Below are positions 9,065 to 18,383 of a stretch of DNA of 40,868 nucleotides, piece after piece (the first letter of the stretch is position 1; each line of letters begins with the position of its first letter). The notes under the pieces are model-generated. The model was not told where the DNA came from and did not search any database. It saw nothing but the letters and a program-made list of their open reading frames with translations. The translations under genes and the position numbers were made by a program. Origin of the DNA: a bacterium (GTDB taxonomy: Bacteria; Sysuimicrobiota; Sysuimicrobiia; Sysuimicrobiales; Humicultoraceae); assembly GCA_041497675.1 (NCBI GenBank), contig JBGQGY010000016.1, positions 1-40,868 of the forward strand. Direction: 5' to 3'.

Positions 9065-10795
9065 CTAGAAACAGGGCGCGGTGCCTCCGGGGACCGCGAA
9101 CACCGTCGAGGCCGCGGTTCGAGTCTGCACCGTGACGTTGACTCCCGAGGTCGTCATCCCGGTAAAGATGGCAACCCCGTTGACCTGACCGTAGGCATCG
9201 CCGGATGTCACCGTGCCGCTGTTGTCAAAGTCCTGCCAGAGGAATACGCTGCGAGTCCCGGACTGCGCGTTGGTAATTGTAAAGGCCCCGCTGCTCGAGA
9301 CGATCCGCATCTCGCCCTCGCGTGTGATAGTACTCCCGCTGAGAGTCCCGGCGAAGGCGCACAGCCGGCTCGCGTTTGGCGCCACGCCAACGGCCGCCGC
9401 CGCGTTGATCACGCCGGCTCCGAGCTGCGTATTGGGACAGGTGAATCCCGACGGGCAGGCGGCAGTCGACCGGAGGACCGATTGGATCGTGGCGGGGCTG
9501 GCGATCCCGCGGGACAGCATCAGGGCGGCGACCCCGGCGGCGTGGGGCGTGGCCATGGACGTGCCGGTAAATCCCGCATAGACGAATCCGGCCGCCGGGC
9601 TCCACGACGTGCTCCAGACACCAAATGAGCCGGCCCCGCCGGGGGCCGCAATGCCGCGCGCGGTCAACTCGGCGCCGCACGCGGAGTACGAGGCCGGCGT
9701 GACCGGGCTGGTGTTCCCCGTGGCCGCCACCGGGATCACGTTGGCGTTGCGCGCGGGATACTCGACCGCCCCGCACGAGTTGTTCCCCGCCGCAGCAAAG
9801 ATCACGACGCCCCGGGTATTGCGCGCATAGTCAATGGCGGTATCCATCGTCGTGCTGCCGGCCGTACCTCCCAGGCTCATGTTGATCACCCTGGCGCCGT
9901 GATCGGCCGCGTAGGTGATGCCATCCGCAACGTCGGACAGAAACCCCACCCCGCACTGCACCGAGGGGATGTCCTCACCGAGCACGCGAATCGCCATGAT
10001 CTTCGTGCCCGCGGCGCCGCCCCAGTTGACGCCGGCCACACCGGTCGAGTTGTTCGTCATCGCGGCGACCGTCCCGGCCACGTGCGTGCCGTGGCTCAGC
10101 TGCGAGACCGCGACGGTCGGGCAGCCCGGATCCCGATAGTTGGCATCATCCGCCCCATTGAAGAAGTTGTGACTGTTGGTCCCGGCCGTGATGCCGACAA
10201 GGTCTGGGTGGTCGTCGCGGATCCCCGTATCAAGCACGGCGACAATGATGGCGGCCGACCCGGTCGTCACGTCCCAGGCACTGGGAAGGTTGACCTGATT
10301 GTAGTGCCACGCCTGGCTCGTCGAAAAGAGCGGGTCGTTGGGCGTGGCGCTCGCATACGCGTACGCATCCTGTTCAACGTACTCGACGAGCGCCGAGCCG
10401 CGGTACGCGGCCATCACCGCCGCCGCCGATGCCCCGGGTGCCAGCCTCACGACGTGTACGTCGAGGTGGCGCATGACCCGGATCATCGAGGCGCCGGCCT
10501 GATCGTGGACGCTACTGGCAGAGACCGTGGGGGTGCCGGCCCGGAACTTCACCATCAACTGATTGGGGACGTAGACTGGGCGCGCGACCGCCCGCCGTAC
10601 CGGCTCCACGGGACCGATCGGGGCACGCGCCTGCGCGGCCGTGGCTGCTGCGACGGCCGACCCGGTGACCGTGCCCGTGCCGCCCGGCGCAGGGGTCGCG
10701 GTCGGGCCAGGCATCGAGATGACGCCACCGCTCCCGCCGCCGCAGGCGGCGACGAACAGGGTGAGACAGATCAGAAGGGTGATTCGACGGGTCAT
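9065..10795 (-). CDS. S8 (subtilisin-like) serine peptidase, lipoprotein
   Basis: Lipobox VAAC, prodomain (PNQLMVKFR...YVEQD), AVLDTG, SHGTHVAG, AAAGNN, GTSMATPH; C-terminal beta domain with DFDNSG. Confidence 0.93.
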   Translation of the reverse strand: MTRRITLLICLTLFVAACGGGSGGVISMPGPTATPAPGGTGTVTGSAVAAATAAQARAPIGPVEPVRRAVARPVYVPNQLMVKFRAGTPTVSASSVHDQAGASMIRVMRHLDVHVVRLAPGASAAAVMAAYRGSALVEYVEQDAYAYASATPNDPLFSTSQAWHYNQVNLPSAWDVTTGSAAIIVAVLDTGIRDDHPDLVGITAGTNSHNFFNGADDANYRDPGCPTVAVSQLSHGTHVAGTVAAMTNNSTGVAGVNWGGAAGTKIMAIRVLGEDIPSVQCGVGFLSDVADGITYAADHGARVINMSLGGTAGSTTMDTAIDYARNTRGVVIFAAAGNNSCGAVEYPARNANVIPVAATGNTSPVTPASYSACGAELTARGIAAPGGAGSFGVWSTSWSPAAGFVYAGFTGTSMATPHAAGVAALMLSRGIASPATIQSVLRSTAACPSGFTCPNTQLGAGVINAAAAVGVAPNASRLCAFAGTLSGSTITREGEMRIVSSSGAFTITNAQSGTRSVFLWQDFDNSGTVTSGDAYGQVNGVAIFTGMTTSGVNVTVQTRTAASTVFAVPGGTAPCF

Positions 10796-10824
10796 GATTG
10801 AGGGGTACCCCCGAGGGACCATGT

Positions 10825-11409
10825 CTACGGTGTGCTGATCTGAATCTCCCCACCAAGAATGTCGAAGTTCGGATCGGAGCAATCCCCGCGGGGATCGCGG
10901 ACCGTCTTGAAGAGTTCGCGGCGTGTCTCCATGAGCACAAAACCCAGGCGATCATTGGCCCCGGGCCCCAGGGCGTCGAGGGCCCGATTCTGCTCGTCGA
11001 CGGTCACGAGGTTGATCTTGAGGCGGCCCGACGAGAGAGGGCCGATTCCCAGATCAGCCAGCGGCACCGTGATGCGCAGCGTTTGGCGGTCGGGCAACAC
11101 CTGGCCGTAGATGAATGGTGCCGGCGGCCTGACCGCGACGAATCCAAACGGCTGCGCGGCCGTCACCACCGGCACGGTTCCAAAGAAGAAACGTCCTTCC
11201 CGGTACACCACGTAGTGCGTCCAGTTGCTGCTGTCGGGTTGGGGCCCGGCCAAGAGGGAGTCGCTGACAGTGAACGCGATGTAGTAGGCCCCTCCCTTGT
11301 CCTGGACGGCGCCTGCCAGGCGCAGGGTGACCATGAGTTGCCGACCCGTTTGCGCGGAGGCCGGCACGACAAGCATGGCGACCGCGAGGATGCACACCAG
11401 CGGTTTCAT
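10825..11409 (-). CDS. Secreted hypothetical beta-rich protein
   Basis: Signal peptide MKPLVCILAVAMLVVPASA; GAGGAG SD at 11417-11422; LRITVPLADLG and DPRGD...DI segments. Confidence 0.7.
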   Translation of the reverse strand: MKPLVCILAVAMLVVPASAQTGRQLMVTLRLAGAVQDKGGAYYIAFTVSDSLLAGPQPDSSNWTHYVVYREGRFFFGTVPVVTAAQPFGFVAVRPPAPFIYGQVLPDRQTLRITVPLADLGIGPLSSGRLKINLVTVDEQNRALDALGPGANDRLGFVLMETRRELFKTVRDPRGDCSDPNFDILGGEIQISTP

Positions 11410-11455
11410 AAAGATGCTCCTCATGTCGACTTTGCCCGCAACACCCGCCGGCCAG

Positions 11456-13549
11456 TCACGGGCCCGTGCCCAACCATGGCTGCGTGAATAATACCTGCCC
11501 TTGCGATCCAATCCCTACCTGGCCCCGCGCCCACGGGAGGGCGGTCAGCCAGGTCTCAAACCACAGTTCCTGCGTCAGCCCCCGGTAGGTGACGGCGGTC
11601 ACCAGACAGTCGGCCCAGGTTCGCGCGACGGTCAGCCGGTCGTGAAAGATCCGGCCGGTGATCCCATCGTAGAATCCGTAGTACGCGATCTGCCAGTGCG
11701 GATCCAACGTGATATCGAGGAAGAGCTCCCCGCGCGAAAGCGCGCCGAGGGCCGCGTCGTATTGGAGCGCAGCCGCAATGGCCCACTTCTCGCGTGGCAC
11801 CCACTGCGCGCGCACCACCGCCGGCAGCCATGCTCCCGTGATATTGTCGAAGGCGGTCTGCGCCGTCACCAGCACGTTGGGGCGGCGGTAGGTGAGCGTG
11901 ACGTCCGCCTGCCCCAGCTGGCCGACAAGCAGGTCAAAGGTGAACGGCGTCCTCCCCGCCTGATTCTGCAACGTATAGCCGACCTGTCCCGTGAGCGAGG
12001 CATTGAACATCCGCGTGAAGTCGACGCGACCCGACACGAACCCTCGCACGTCGCCGGTCGTGTAATGCGACCCGCGCACGGTGGCACGCACGATCAGGAC
12101 GTCGCGGTCGGACTCGACCAGGGGGCCGCTCACGGTGGCGGACACGTCGGTGCGCACCGCCTCCACCGAGCCGACCAGGGGAATCTCCCTGAACCGCCCC
12201 ATGCCCCCCTGGAGCTGGTACACCAGCCGCGTGCCGCCAAGGAGTATCGGATCGCTCGCCACCGTGACCTCGGGGAGCCGCTCGGTCACGAAACGGGAGT
12301 CCGCCGTGAAGGCGCTCCCGTCGAGGTCGAGGCGACCCTCCGCGACCAAGGAGGCCACGTACCCGGCGCCGCGGTATCTGAACGTCAATCTGGGAAACAT
12401 CTCATCATCAGTGCCCAGAAACGATGTCGTGCGAGAGACGTCTCCCACCAGTTCTGCCGAGAGCCGATCGCTGAATTGCTGCGTGTGGATCACGCGTGCC
12501 GTATACGCGGCCGTGGTGAACCCCAGAAAGTTGAAGTTGGCGTAGGTCTGGTAGATCGCCGTCGATGACCGGGACGTGCGCCACGACGTATCGAGCGCGC
12601 CGAAGACATCCGCTGAGGGTGCCAGCGGCGAGCTGCGCGTGACCGCGTCGGCGTATAGACGGGCGGTCACGTCGCCGAACCGCTGCTGGTGATTGATCAC
12701 CACCCGCTGATCGGTCCCCCCGATCTGCTTGTTCTGCAACAGGTAGAGGAAGACGACGCCGGCTGTCGCTCCGAACCGGTATGAGTGTTCGATGCCGTAC
12801 CCGGTGCCCAGCCGTTCCATCAGATCGAGCCGGAATGTGCCGTAGTGATTCTCGCTGAGCGCGTAGGCGTAGAACGTTTTGAGGAAATACCCTTCGAGTT
12901 CGGAAAACCCCACGACCGGCAGCAGACGGGTCGCCCGCTGCTCGCGCAGGTGGATGACGAAGTACGGCCAGGTGACGGTGCGCTTCCCGCCGATCCAGAC
13001 GGTGACGCTGCGGCCAACAATCTTGTCGTTGGGGTACACGGTGAATTCTTTGGCGGTCAGGAAGGCGACCGGGTTCGGACCTTCGCAGGTGGTGCAGAAC
13101 GCCTGGCGCGCGATCGTCACCTTGCCCAGCGTGCCCTCGATCGTCTCTGCGCGCAGCGAGACGGTCCCCAAAATGAAGGGCCCGGCGTAGTCGACGGCGG
13201 TCTGCGTCAGCCGCCCGCGCCGCGTCGTCAAGTTGTAGTCGAGGGTCTCACCGCGCACCCGGTACCGGCCGACCTCGATGCGGACGTGTCCTTCGGCGCG
13301 CACGTCGTTCGTGCCCAGATCGGCGTCAAGACGATCGGCGAAAATCGTCACGTCTTGATAGATGACGACGACGTCGCCGGACGCCGTGAGGACCTTCGTG
13401 TTGCGGTCATACCGAAACGTCTTTGCGCGGAGCGTGACCGGGATCTCTTCCTGGGCATCGGCGAGACGTGCCGTGCCCCCGATTCCGAGCGCGATGACTA
13501 GCACCCCGGCCAGCAGCGCGCGGGGACGAGGGCGTGGCAGACCCCTCAC
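11456..13549 (-). CDS. lptD: LPS-assembly protein LptD-like outer-membrane protein
   Basis: Signal peptide, N-terminal OstA repeats, CTTC, WPYF, GFSELEGYF, then amphipathic beta-strands; GTGA overlap with upstream stop gives start 13549. Confidence 0.82.
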   Translation of the reverse strand: MRGLPRPRPRALLAGVLVIALGIGGTARLADAQEEIPVTLRAKTFRYDRNTKVLTASGDVVVIYQDVTIFADRLDADLGTNDVRAEGHVRIEVGRYRVRGETLDYNLTTRRGRLTQTAVDYAGPFILGTVSLRAETIEGTLGKVTIARQAFCTTCEGPNPVAFLTAKEFTVYPNDKIVGRSVTVWIGGKRTVTWPYFVIHLREQRATRLLPVVGFSELEGYFLKTFYAYALSENHYGTFRLDLMERLGTGYGIEHSYRFGATAGVVFLYLLQNKQIGGTDQRVVINHQQRFGDVTARLYADAVTRSSPLAPSADVFGALDTSWRTSRSSTAIYQTYANFNFLGFTTAAYTARVIHTQQFSDRLSAELVGDVSRTTSFLGTDDEMFPRLTFRYRGAGYVASLVAEGRLDLDGSAFTADSRFVTERLPEVTVASDPILLGGTRLVYQLQGGMGRFREIPLVGSVEAVRTDVSATVSGPLVESDRDVLIVRATVRGSHYTTGDVRGFVSGRVDFTRMFNASLTGQVGYTLQNQAGRTPFTFDLLVGQLGQADVTLTYRRPNVLVTAQTAFDNITGAWLPAVVRAQWVPREKWAIAAALQYDAALGALSRGELFLDITLDPHWQIAYYGFYDGITGRIFHDRLTVARTWADCLVTAVTYRGLTQELWFETWLTALPWARGQVGIGSQGQVLFTQPWLGTGP

Positions 13550-14769
13550 GGTCTTCGTGTCGGTGTCGGGCTCGTGCGGATGACGAAGTCGGTCTGGACG
13601 TTCCCCTCGGCCTCGAAGGTCTCGTCGACAAGGGAGATCACCACACGGTCGGCCTGCAACCGGCGGCCGTCGCTCTCCTGCATACGGACGCTGCCTGTCA
13701 CGACCAACAGACGCGTGGCCTCGGTGTACGTGGCACGGTCGCCGGTCGCCCACCGGTCCTTTTGCGTCACCTTGACCGATCCCTCGGCCGCCAGGTCTCG
13801 CTCCTTCAACGTCATCGTCAAGCGGTTGCAGGTCAGCCGGGTGGTCGATCGTAGGGCCTGCTGTTCCTGCGGATCGCGGGGCGGTGTGGCCAGCCCCTCA
13901 CGAACCAGCCATTCGCCGCTGAGTTGCTCGACGATCACGTTGCCGGTGAGGATCAACCTATTCGACACCTCTGAGTAGAGCATGCGGTCGGCCCAGCCGG
14001 TCTTCTCCTGCTGGCGGACGACGACGTGTCCTTCGGCCTCGGCTTCATTGGTGTCCCACCGGAAGACGATGCGGGCGGCGGTGACCGTCGTCTCTTCTCT
14101 GGCCAGGGCGCGCGCCACACGATCCGACCCCGCCGGAGGCGGGCCGGGCGCACGCACGAGCGTCGCGTCGTCTCGAACGTCCGCCCGTTTGGTCGTCAGG
14201 TTCGCCAGCAGCCGCCTGCCCGCCACCGTGCTGCCCTCGCGGACCATCTTGACGCCCCCGTCGGCCGAGACGTCACCGGTGCGCGCCTGATACCGCAGGG
14301 AGGCCGCCGTGAGCGTGCCGCCTCCCTGCACGACCTCGACGCCGCCCGTCGCGGTCGTGACGTCCTCCCGAAGGTCGAAATGCATCTGCGGCGCTTTGAT
14401 GGTGGCGTCCTTTTGCACGACCACCACCCCGCCGCTGGCATCGGCGACCTCGGTCCTGATCTCGTAGCGCACCGAGGCGGCGGTCAGCCGCATCTCCTTT
14501 TGCTGGATCGTCACGCGGCCGTCGGCCGTCGCGATCTGCGGACCCTGTTCGAGCCGCAGGGTATCGGCGCGCATCTGCAGATCGCCCATTACCAGCGACA
14601 CATTACCTGTTGCAATGATGACCTGTTCTTTCGTCTCGTAGCGAATCCGGTCCGCACGCAGCCGTCCCTGCGTCTGTCCCTCCGCCGGCGGCTTGGCGGT
14701 GGGAGTCGTCGCCGCCCACCCGGGGGCCGCGAGTACGGCGATCGTGAGCCCGACGATGACACGTCTCAT
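13546..14769 (-). CDS. lptA: LptA/OstA-family periplasmic protein with about 11 beta-jellyroll repeat units
   Basis: Signal peptide; repeated AD.h.Y......A.G.V.h units; ATGA overlap with the lptC-like gene. Confidence 0.78.
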   Translation of the reverse strand: MRRVIVGLTIAVLAAPGWAATTPTAKPPAEGQTQGRLRADRIRYETKEQVIIATGNVSLVMGDLQMRADTLRLEQGPQIATADGRVTIQQKEMRLTAASVRYEIRTEVADASGGVVVVQKDATIKAPQMHFDLREDVTTATGGVEVVQGGGTLTAASLRYQARTGDVSADGGVKMVREGSTVAGRRLLANLTTKRADVRDDATLVRAPGPPPAGSDRVARALAREETTVTAARIVFRWDTNEAEAEGHVVVRQQEKTGWADRMLYSEVSNRLILTGNVIVEQLSGEWLVREGLATPPRDPQEQQALRSTTRLTCNRLTMTLKERDLAAEGSVKVTQKDRWATGDRATYTEATRLLVVTGSVRMQESDGRRLQADRVVISLVDETFEAEGNVQTDFVIRTSPTPTRRP

Positions 14770-15230
14770 GGCAGGCGGCGGCCGTCGACCGGGAAACGCA
14801 CCTCGACGCCGTCGAGAAGATCCAGGACCCCTGTCTCCTGCTTCCAGGACGCGCGCGGTGCGGTGATGACCTCGCCCCGCGAGGTGGTGATTTGGATCCC
14901 TCCCTCCACGCGCACGTCGGACGTCACCCGATCGAGCTCCACCCGATCCGCGGTCAGGACCAGCGCCGAACGACCGCCGACAAACACCCGCGCCCGGGGC
15001 GAGCCCGCAAACGTGGCCGTCCGCCCGTCCGCGCTGACCTCAACACGGTCGGCCGCGATCTCAGCCTGTTTCTGGCCGCGATGGCGAAGGGTGATCGCGG
15101 CGTGTCGCAGCCCTACCGACGGGGTCGCCGGCGACCTCTTGACCCGTCCCGGCTCCGGGACGAGGAGCAGCCAGCCCGCCGCCCCGGCCATGACCAGCGC
15201 CAGGACGATAAGCAGGACATGGCGTCTCAC
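14766..15230 (-). CDS. lptC: LptC-like membrane-anchored OstA-fold protein
   Basis: N-terminal TM helix, ADRVEV/ADRVELD/APRASW repeats; GTGA overlap with permease stop gives start 15230. Confidence 0.72.
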   Translation of the reverse strand: MRRHVLLIVLALVMAGAAGWLLLVPEPGRVKRSPATPSVGLRHAAITLRHRGQKQAEIAADRVEVSADGRTATFAGSPRARVFVGGRSALVLTADRVELDRVTSDVRVEGGIQITTSRGEVITAPRASWKQETGVLDLLDGVEVRFPVDGRRLP

Positions 15231-16348
15231 GACCCGGCCCCCTCGACCCGGACGCGCCGGACGGCCAGGGGCCTCACGCGCATCCACCCTTCTTCCCGGA
15301 TGACCAGCAACACGCCCGCCGCCACGAACAGCAGGTTTGGCGCCCAGGCCGCAAGGGCGGGCGAGAGCACGCCGGTCGACCCCAGCGCGCGCGCCGTCGA
15401 CATCACGGCATAGTAGACGAAGAGCAGGACGATCGTAAGGCCCACGCCCACCGCCTGCCCGCCTCTGGCCCCAATCAGGCTCAGCGGCGCGGCGATAAAC
15501 GCGAAGATGACCGATGCCACCGGGATCGAAAACTTGCGGTGGTACTCGAGCGGGATTCGAGGCGAGAGCCCTCCACGGAACATCTCAGTCTGATTGCGCA
15601 ACTCTCGTGCCGTCATCTCCTCAGGCGTCTTCTGCCCATCGAAGAACGCGGTTTCGGTCAACCCCACGTTCAGTTCCATGGCCTCGAAACCGGCCTCGAG
15701 GGTCGTGAAGCCATCTGCATCGACCTCGCGGGCCACGCCGTGCCGGAGGATCCACGTCTTGTCCGACCACGTCGCTTCACGCGCGGTAATCAGCCGGGGC
15801 AGCGTGCGGTTGGCCTCGTAGATCATGACGTTGCGCAGGACGCGCGCCCGGTCATCCACCGTGTGAATGTAGAGGAACCGGTTGCCGGGCCCGCGCAGGA
15901 ACACCTGCTCACGGACTTCCGGAAAGGCTTCACCAAAGAGGGCGCGGCGAATCACCAGATTCGCATTGTGATTGGCCCAGGGCGCGACCACTTCGTTGGT
16001 CGTGAAGGTGCCGGCCGTCACGACGAGCCCAAAGACGACCACCGGCAGAAAGACCCGGCTCACCGCCGTCCCGGCCAGCCGCATCGCCTGGATTTCTCGA
16101 TCGCGGGCAAGCCGGCCCATGCCGATCAACGTGCCGAAGAGCGTCGAGACAGGAAACGTGACTACCATGATCGCGGGCATCTTGTAGGCGAGCAGGCGTA
16201 GGACGGTATCGATCGTCACGCGGCCGAGCGCGATGTACTCAGCCAGCGTGTAGAGGATGTCGCCGATGAGAATAACCAGGAAGCCCCCCACGCCCAGGAT
16301 GAAGGGGGGGATCAATTCTCGGGTGACGTACCGATCGGCGATCCGCAT
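15227..16348 (-). CDS. LptF/LptG-family LPS export permease
   Basis: MRIADRYVTRELIPPF, GRLARDREIQAMRLAG, YHRKFSIP, LAAWAPNLLF. Confidence 0.92.
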   Translation of the reverse strand: MRIADRYVTRELIPPFILGVGGFLVILIGDILYTLAEYIALGRVTIDTVLRLLAYKMPAIMVVTFPVSTLFGTLIGMGRLARDREIQAMRLAGTAVSRVFLPVVVFGLVVTAGTFTTNEVVAPWANHNANLVIRRALFGEAFPEVREQVFLRGPGNRFLYIHTVDDRARVLRNVMIYEANRTLPRLITAREATWSDKTWILRHGVAREVDADGFTTLEAGFEAMELNVGLTETAFFDGQKTPEEMTARELRNQTEMFRGGLSPRIPLEYHRKFSIPVASVIFAFIAAPLSLIGARGGQAVGVGLTIVLLFVYYAVMSTARALGSTGVLSPALAAWAPNLLFVAAGVLLVIREEGWMRVRPLAVRRVRVEGAGS

Positions 16349-16357
16349 CGCCCGAGG

Positions 16358-16822
16358 TCAGCGCCCGATCGTGATCCGAACCGGTCCGACCTCGATCGAC
16401 CGCGGCCCGCCGCGTTGGGCGCCAAAGAAGACGGCGGAGACATCGTAGGCCCCCGCCTCCACCTGGCGGCCCTGGAGATCACGCTGGTCCCAGGCGCCGT
16501 TGAACGTCAGGGTCTCACCGGGTGCCATCGTGGTGTCCCGGAGGGCCTGCACGAACGCCTTGTCATGGGACCATTGCCAGATCACCGCGCCGCGCTGGCG
16601 CACCACAAGGTCGTACTGCTGACCCGACGACGCGGACAGAGACAGCGGCCCCCCCCCGGCGTTGGTCACCCGCAGCTGCGCCGTCACCGTCTCGCCGGGA
16701 TGATAGCTGGCTCTCCCGACGGCCAGCGACAGCCTCAAGGCTCCCACGCTGCGGTCGGCCGCCGCCCCTGCGGCTCCCAAAGCGACCGCCAGGATCAGCA
16801 CGCCGGCGACGATCTCGTTCAT
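16358..16822 (-). CDS. Secreted BsuPI-like (proteinase-inhibitor-like) domain protein
   Basis: Signal peptide; SSGQQYDLVV...IWQWSHDKAFVQA...PGETLTF...WD...GAY matches the BsuPI pattern; GGGGGA SD. Confidence 0.78.
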   Translation of the reverse strand: MNEIVAGVLILAVALGAAGAAADRSVGALRLSLAVGRASYHPGETVTAQLRVTNAGGGPLSLSASSGQQYDLVVRQRGAVIWQWSHDKAFVQALRDTTMAPGETLTFNGAWDQRDLQGRQVEAGAYDVSAVFFGAQRGGPRSIEVGPVRITIGR

Positions 16823-16945
16823 AGATGTCCCCCCAGGCACGACGCCCGCTCTCGCCTACGCGGGAAGACGGCCGAAGGTTCCGATTGAAAGACGAAATCC
16901 CGCCCCATCCGGGCGGGATCGAGCGACGCCGCGCCGCTGCGGGCT

Positions 16946-17152
16946 CTACCGTCCGGTGGTTTGCGGCTCTTCATACCGGATCTTTCCGGTGGCAATCTCC
17001 TCCAGCGCGATCGTGACCGGATTGGTGGAATCGATATCCACCAGCGGCAGCATGCCCTCTTTGACCTGCCGGGCCCGCTTGGAGGCAATAATGACGAGGG
17101 CATACTTGTTATCGACCTGGGCCAGGAGTTCTTCAAGCGACGGTTTGATCAT
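16946..17152 (-). CDS. rpoZ: RNA polymerase omega subunit
   Basis: MIKPSLEELL..VDNKYALVIIASKRARQ...NPVTIALEEIATGKI; GGAGG SD. Confidence 0.95.
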   Translation of the reverse strand: MIKPSLEELLAQVDNKYALVIIASKRARQVKEGMLPLVDIDSTNPVTIALEEIATGKIRYEEPQTTGR

Positions 17153-17182
17153 GTTCCAGCACCTCCACGATACACGCCCCGT

Positions 17183-17210
17183 ATTGTACCAGGAGCCCCC
17201 GACCCGTCAA
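17183..17210 (-). promoter_or_regulatory. sigma70-type promoter of rpoZ
   Basis: TTGACG (17210-17205), 16 bp, TG-n-TACAAT (17188-17183) extended -10. Confidence 0.7.
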
Positions 17211-17227
17211 CCTCCCGGACCGACTCC

Positions 17228-18331
17228 TCAGAGCGCCGCCGCGGCCGCGCCCTCTCGGCCGAGCAGTTGCAGGAGTTCGGCGGTATTGCTGGAGTGCGAC
17301 ATGGCGACCTCGAGGGAGATCGTCTGGCTCCTGACCAGTTCTCGGAGGGCCTGGTTGAGACTGTGCATGCCCTCCTTTGCCCCTGCCTGCATTGTTGAAA
17401 AGAGCTGGTGCGTCTTGCCCTCACGGATGAGGTTGCGGACCGCCGGTGTCCCCACCATGACTTCAACCGCCGCAACCCGCCCCGGCGGTGTCTTGAGGGG
17501 CAGCAGCGTTTGCGACAATACGCCCTCAAGCGCCACCGACAGCTGCATCCGCACCTGAGCCTGCTGGTGCGGAGGGAACACGTCGATGATCCGGTCGATC
17601 GTCTGCGGGGCGCTTGTGGTGTGCAGAGTGGCCAGCACCAGGTGGCCCGTCTCAGCGGCGGTGATCGCGGTCCCAATCGTCTCCAGGTCGCGCATCTCAC
17701 CAATCAGGATGACGTCCGGGTCCTGGCGTAGCACGTGGCGCAGCGCATCCGTGAACGAGTGGGTATCCTGACCGACCTCACGCTGGGTGATGATGCATAC
17801 GTCATCGGTGTGCAGGTACTCGATCGGGTCTTCAATCGTGACCACATGGCAAGAGCGTGTGTGGTTGATCACGTCGACAATCGCCGCCAGCGTCGTGGAC
17901 TTGCCGCTCCCGGTTGGCCCCGTCACCAGGACCAGACCACGCGGCAGCATGGCCAGCCGGCGCACGATCTTGGGGAGCTTCAGCTTGTCCAGGTTCGGTG
18001 GGGCCGCCGGAATCGTGCGGATCGCCGCGCCGATGGCACCCCGCTGCTGGTAGATGTTGATGCGGTACCGTGAGACGTTGGGCAGACCATAGGCGCAATC
18101 GAGCTCGAGCTTCTTGCCAAAGGTCTGGATCTGCTCCGGCGTCAGGATCTCGGCAATCAACGACCGCACGTGCTCGTCCGACCACCGGTCCTCAGCGATG
18201 GGCACCAGGGTGCCGTCGATGCGCAGCATGGGTCGCGTGCCGGCCTTGATGTGCAGGTCCGAGGCACCGCGCTCCACGACCATGCGCAAGAGGTCATGCA
18301 TCGTCATGCGGACACGCTCCGGTTTAGACAC
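17228..18331 (-). CDS. pilT: Type IV pilus retraction ATPase PilT
   Basis: ASDLH, GPTGSGKSTT, TIEDPIEY, LRQDPDVILIGEMRD, TGHLVLATLHT, AVRNLIRE. Confidence 0.94.
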   Translation of the reverse strand: MSKPERVRMTMHDLLRMVVERGASDLHIKAGTRPMLRIDGTLVPIAEDRWSDEHVRSLIAEILTPEQIQTFGKKLELDCAYGLPNVSRYRINIYQQRGAIGAAIRTIPAAPPNLDKLKLPKIVRRLAMLPRGLVLVTGPTGSGKSTTLAAIVDVINHTRSCHVVTIEDPIEYLHTDDVCIITQREVGQDTHSFTDALRHVLRQDPDVILIGEMRDLETIGTAITAAETGHLVLATLHTTSAPQTIDRIIDVFPPHQQAQVRMQLSVALEGVLSQTLLPLKTPPGRVAAVEVMVGTPAVRNLIREGKTHQLFSTMQAGAKEGMHSLNQALRELVRSQTISLEVAMSHSSNTAELLQLLGREGAAAAAL

Positions 18332-18383
18332 GTGGAATTCACGCGGGCGATATCGCTGAAATTATGCCCGTGGGCTGGGGGGA

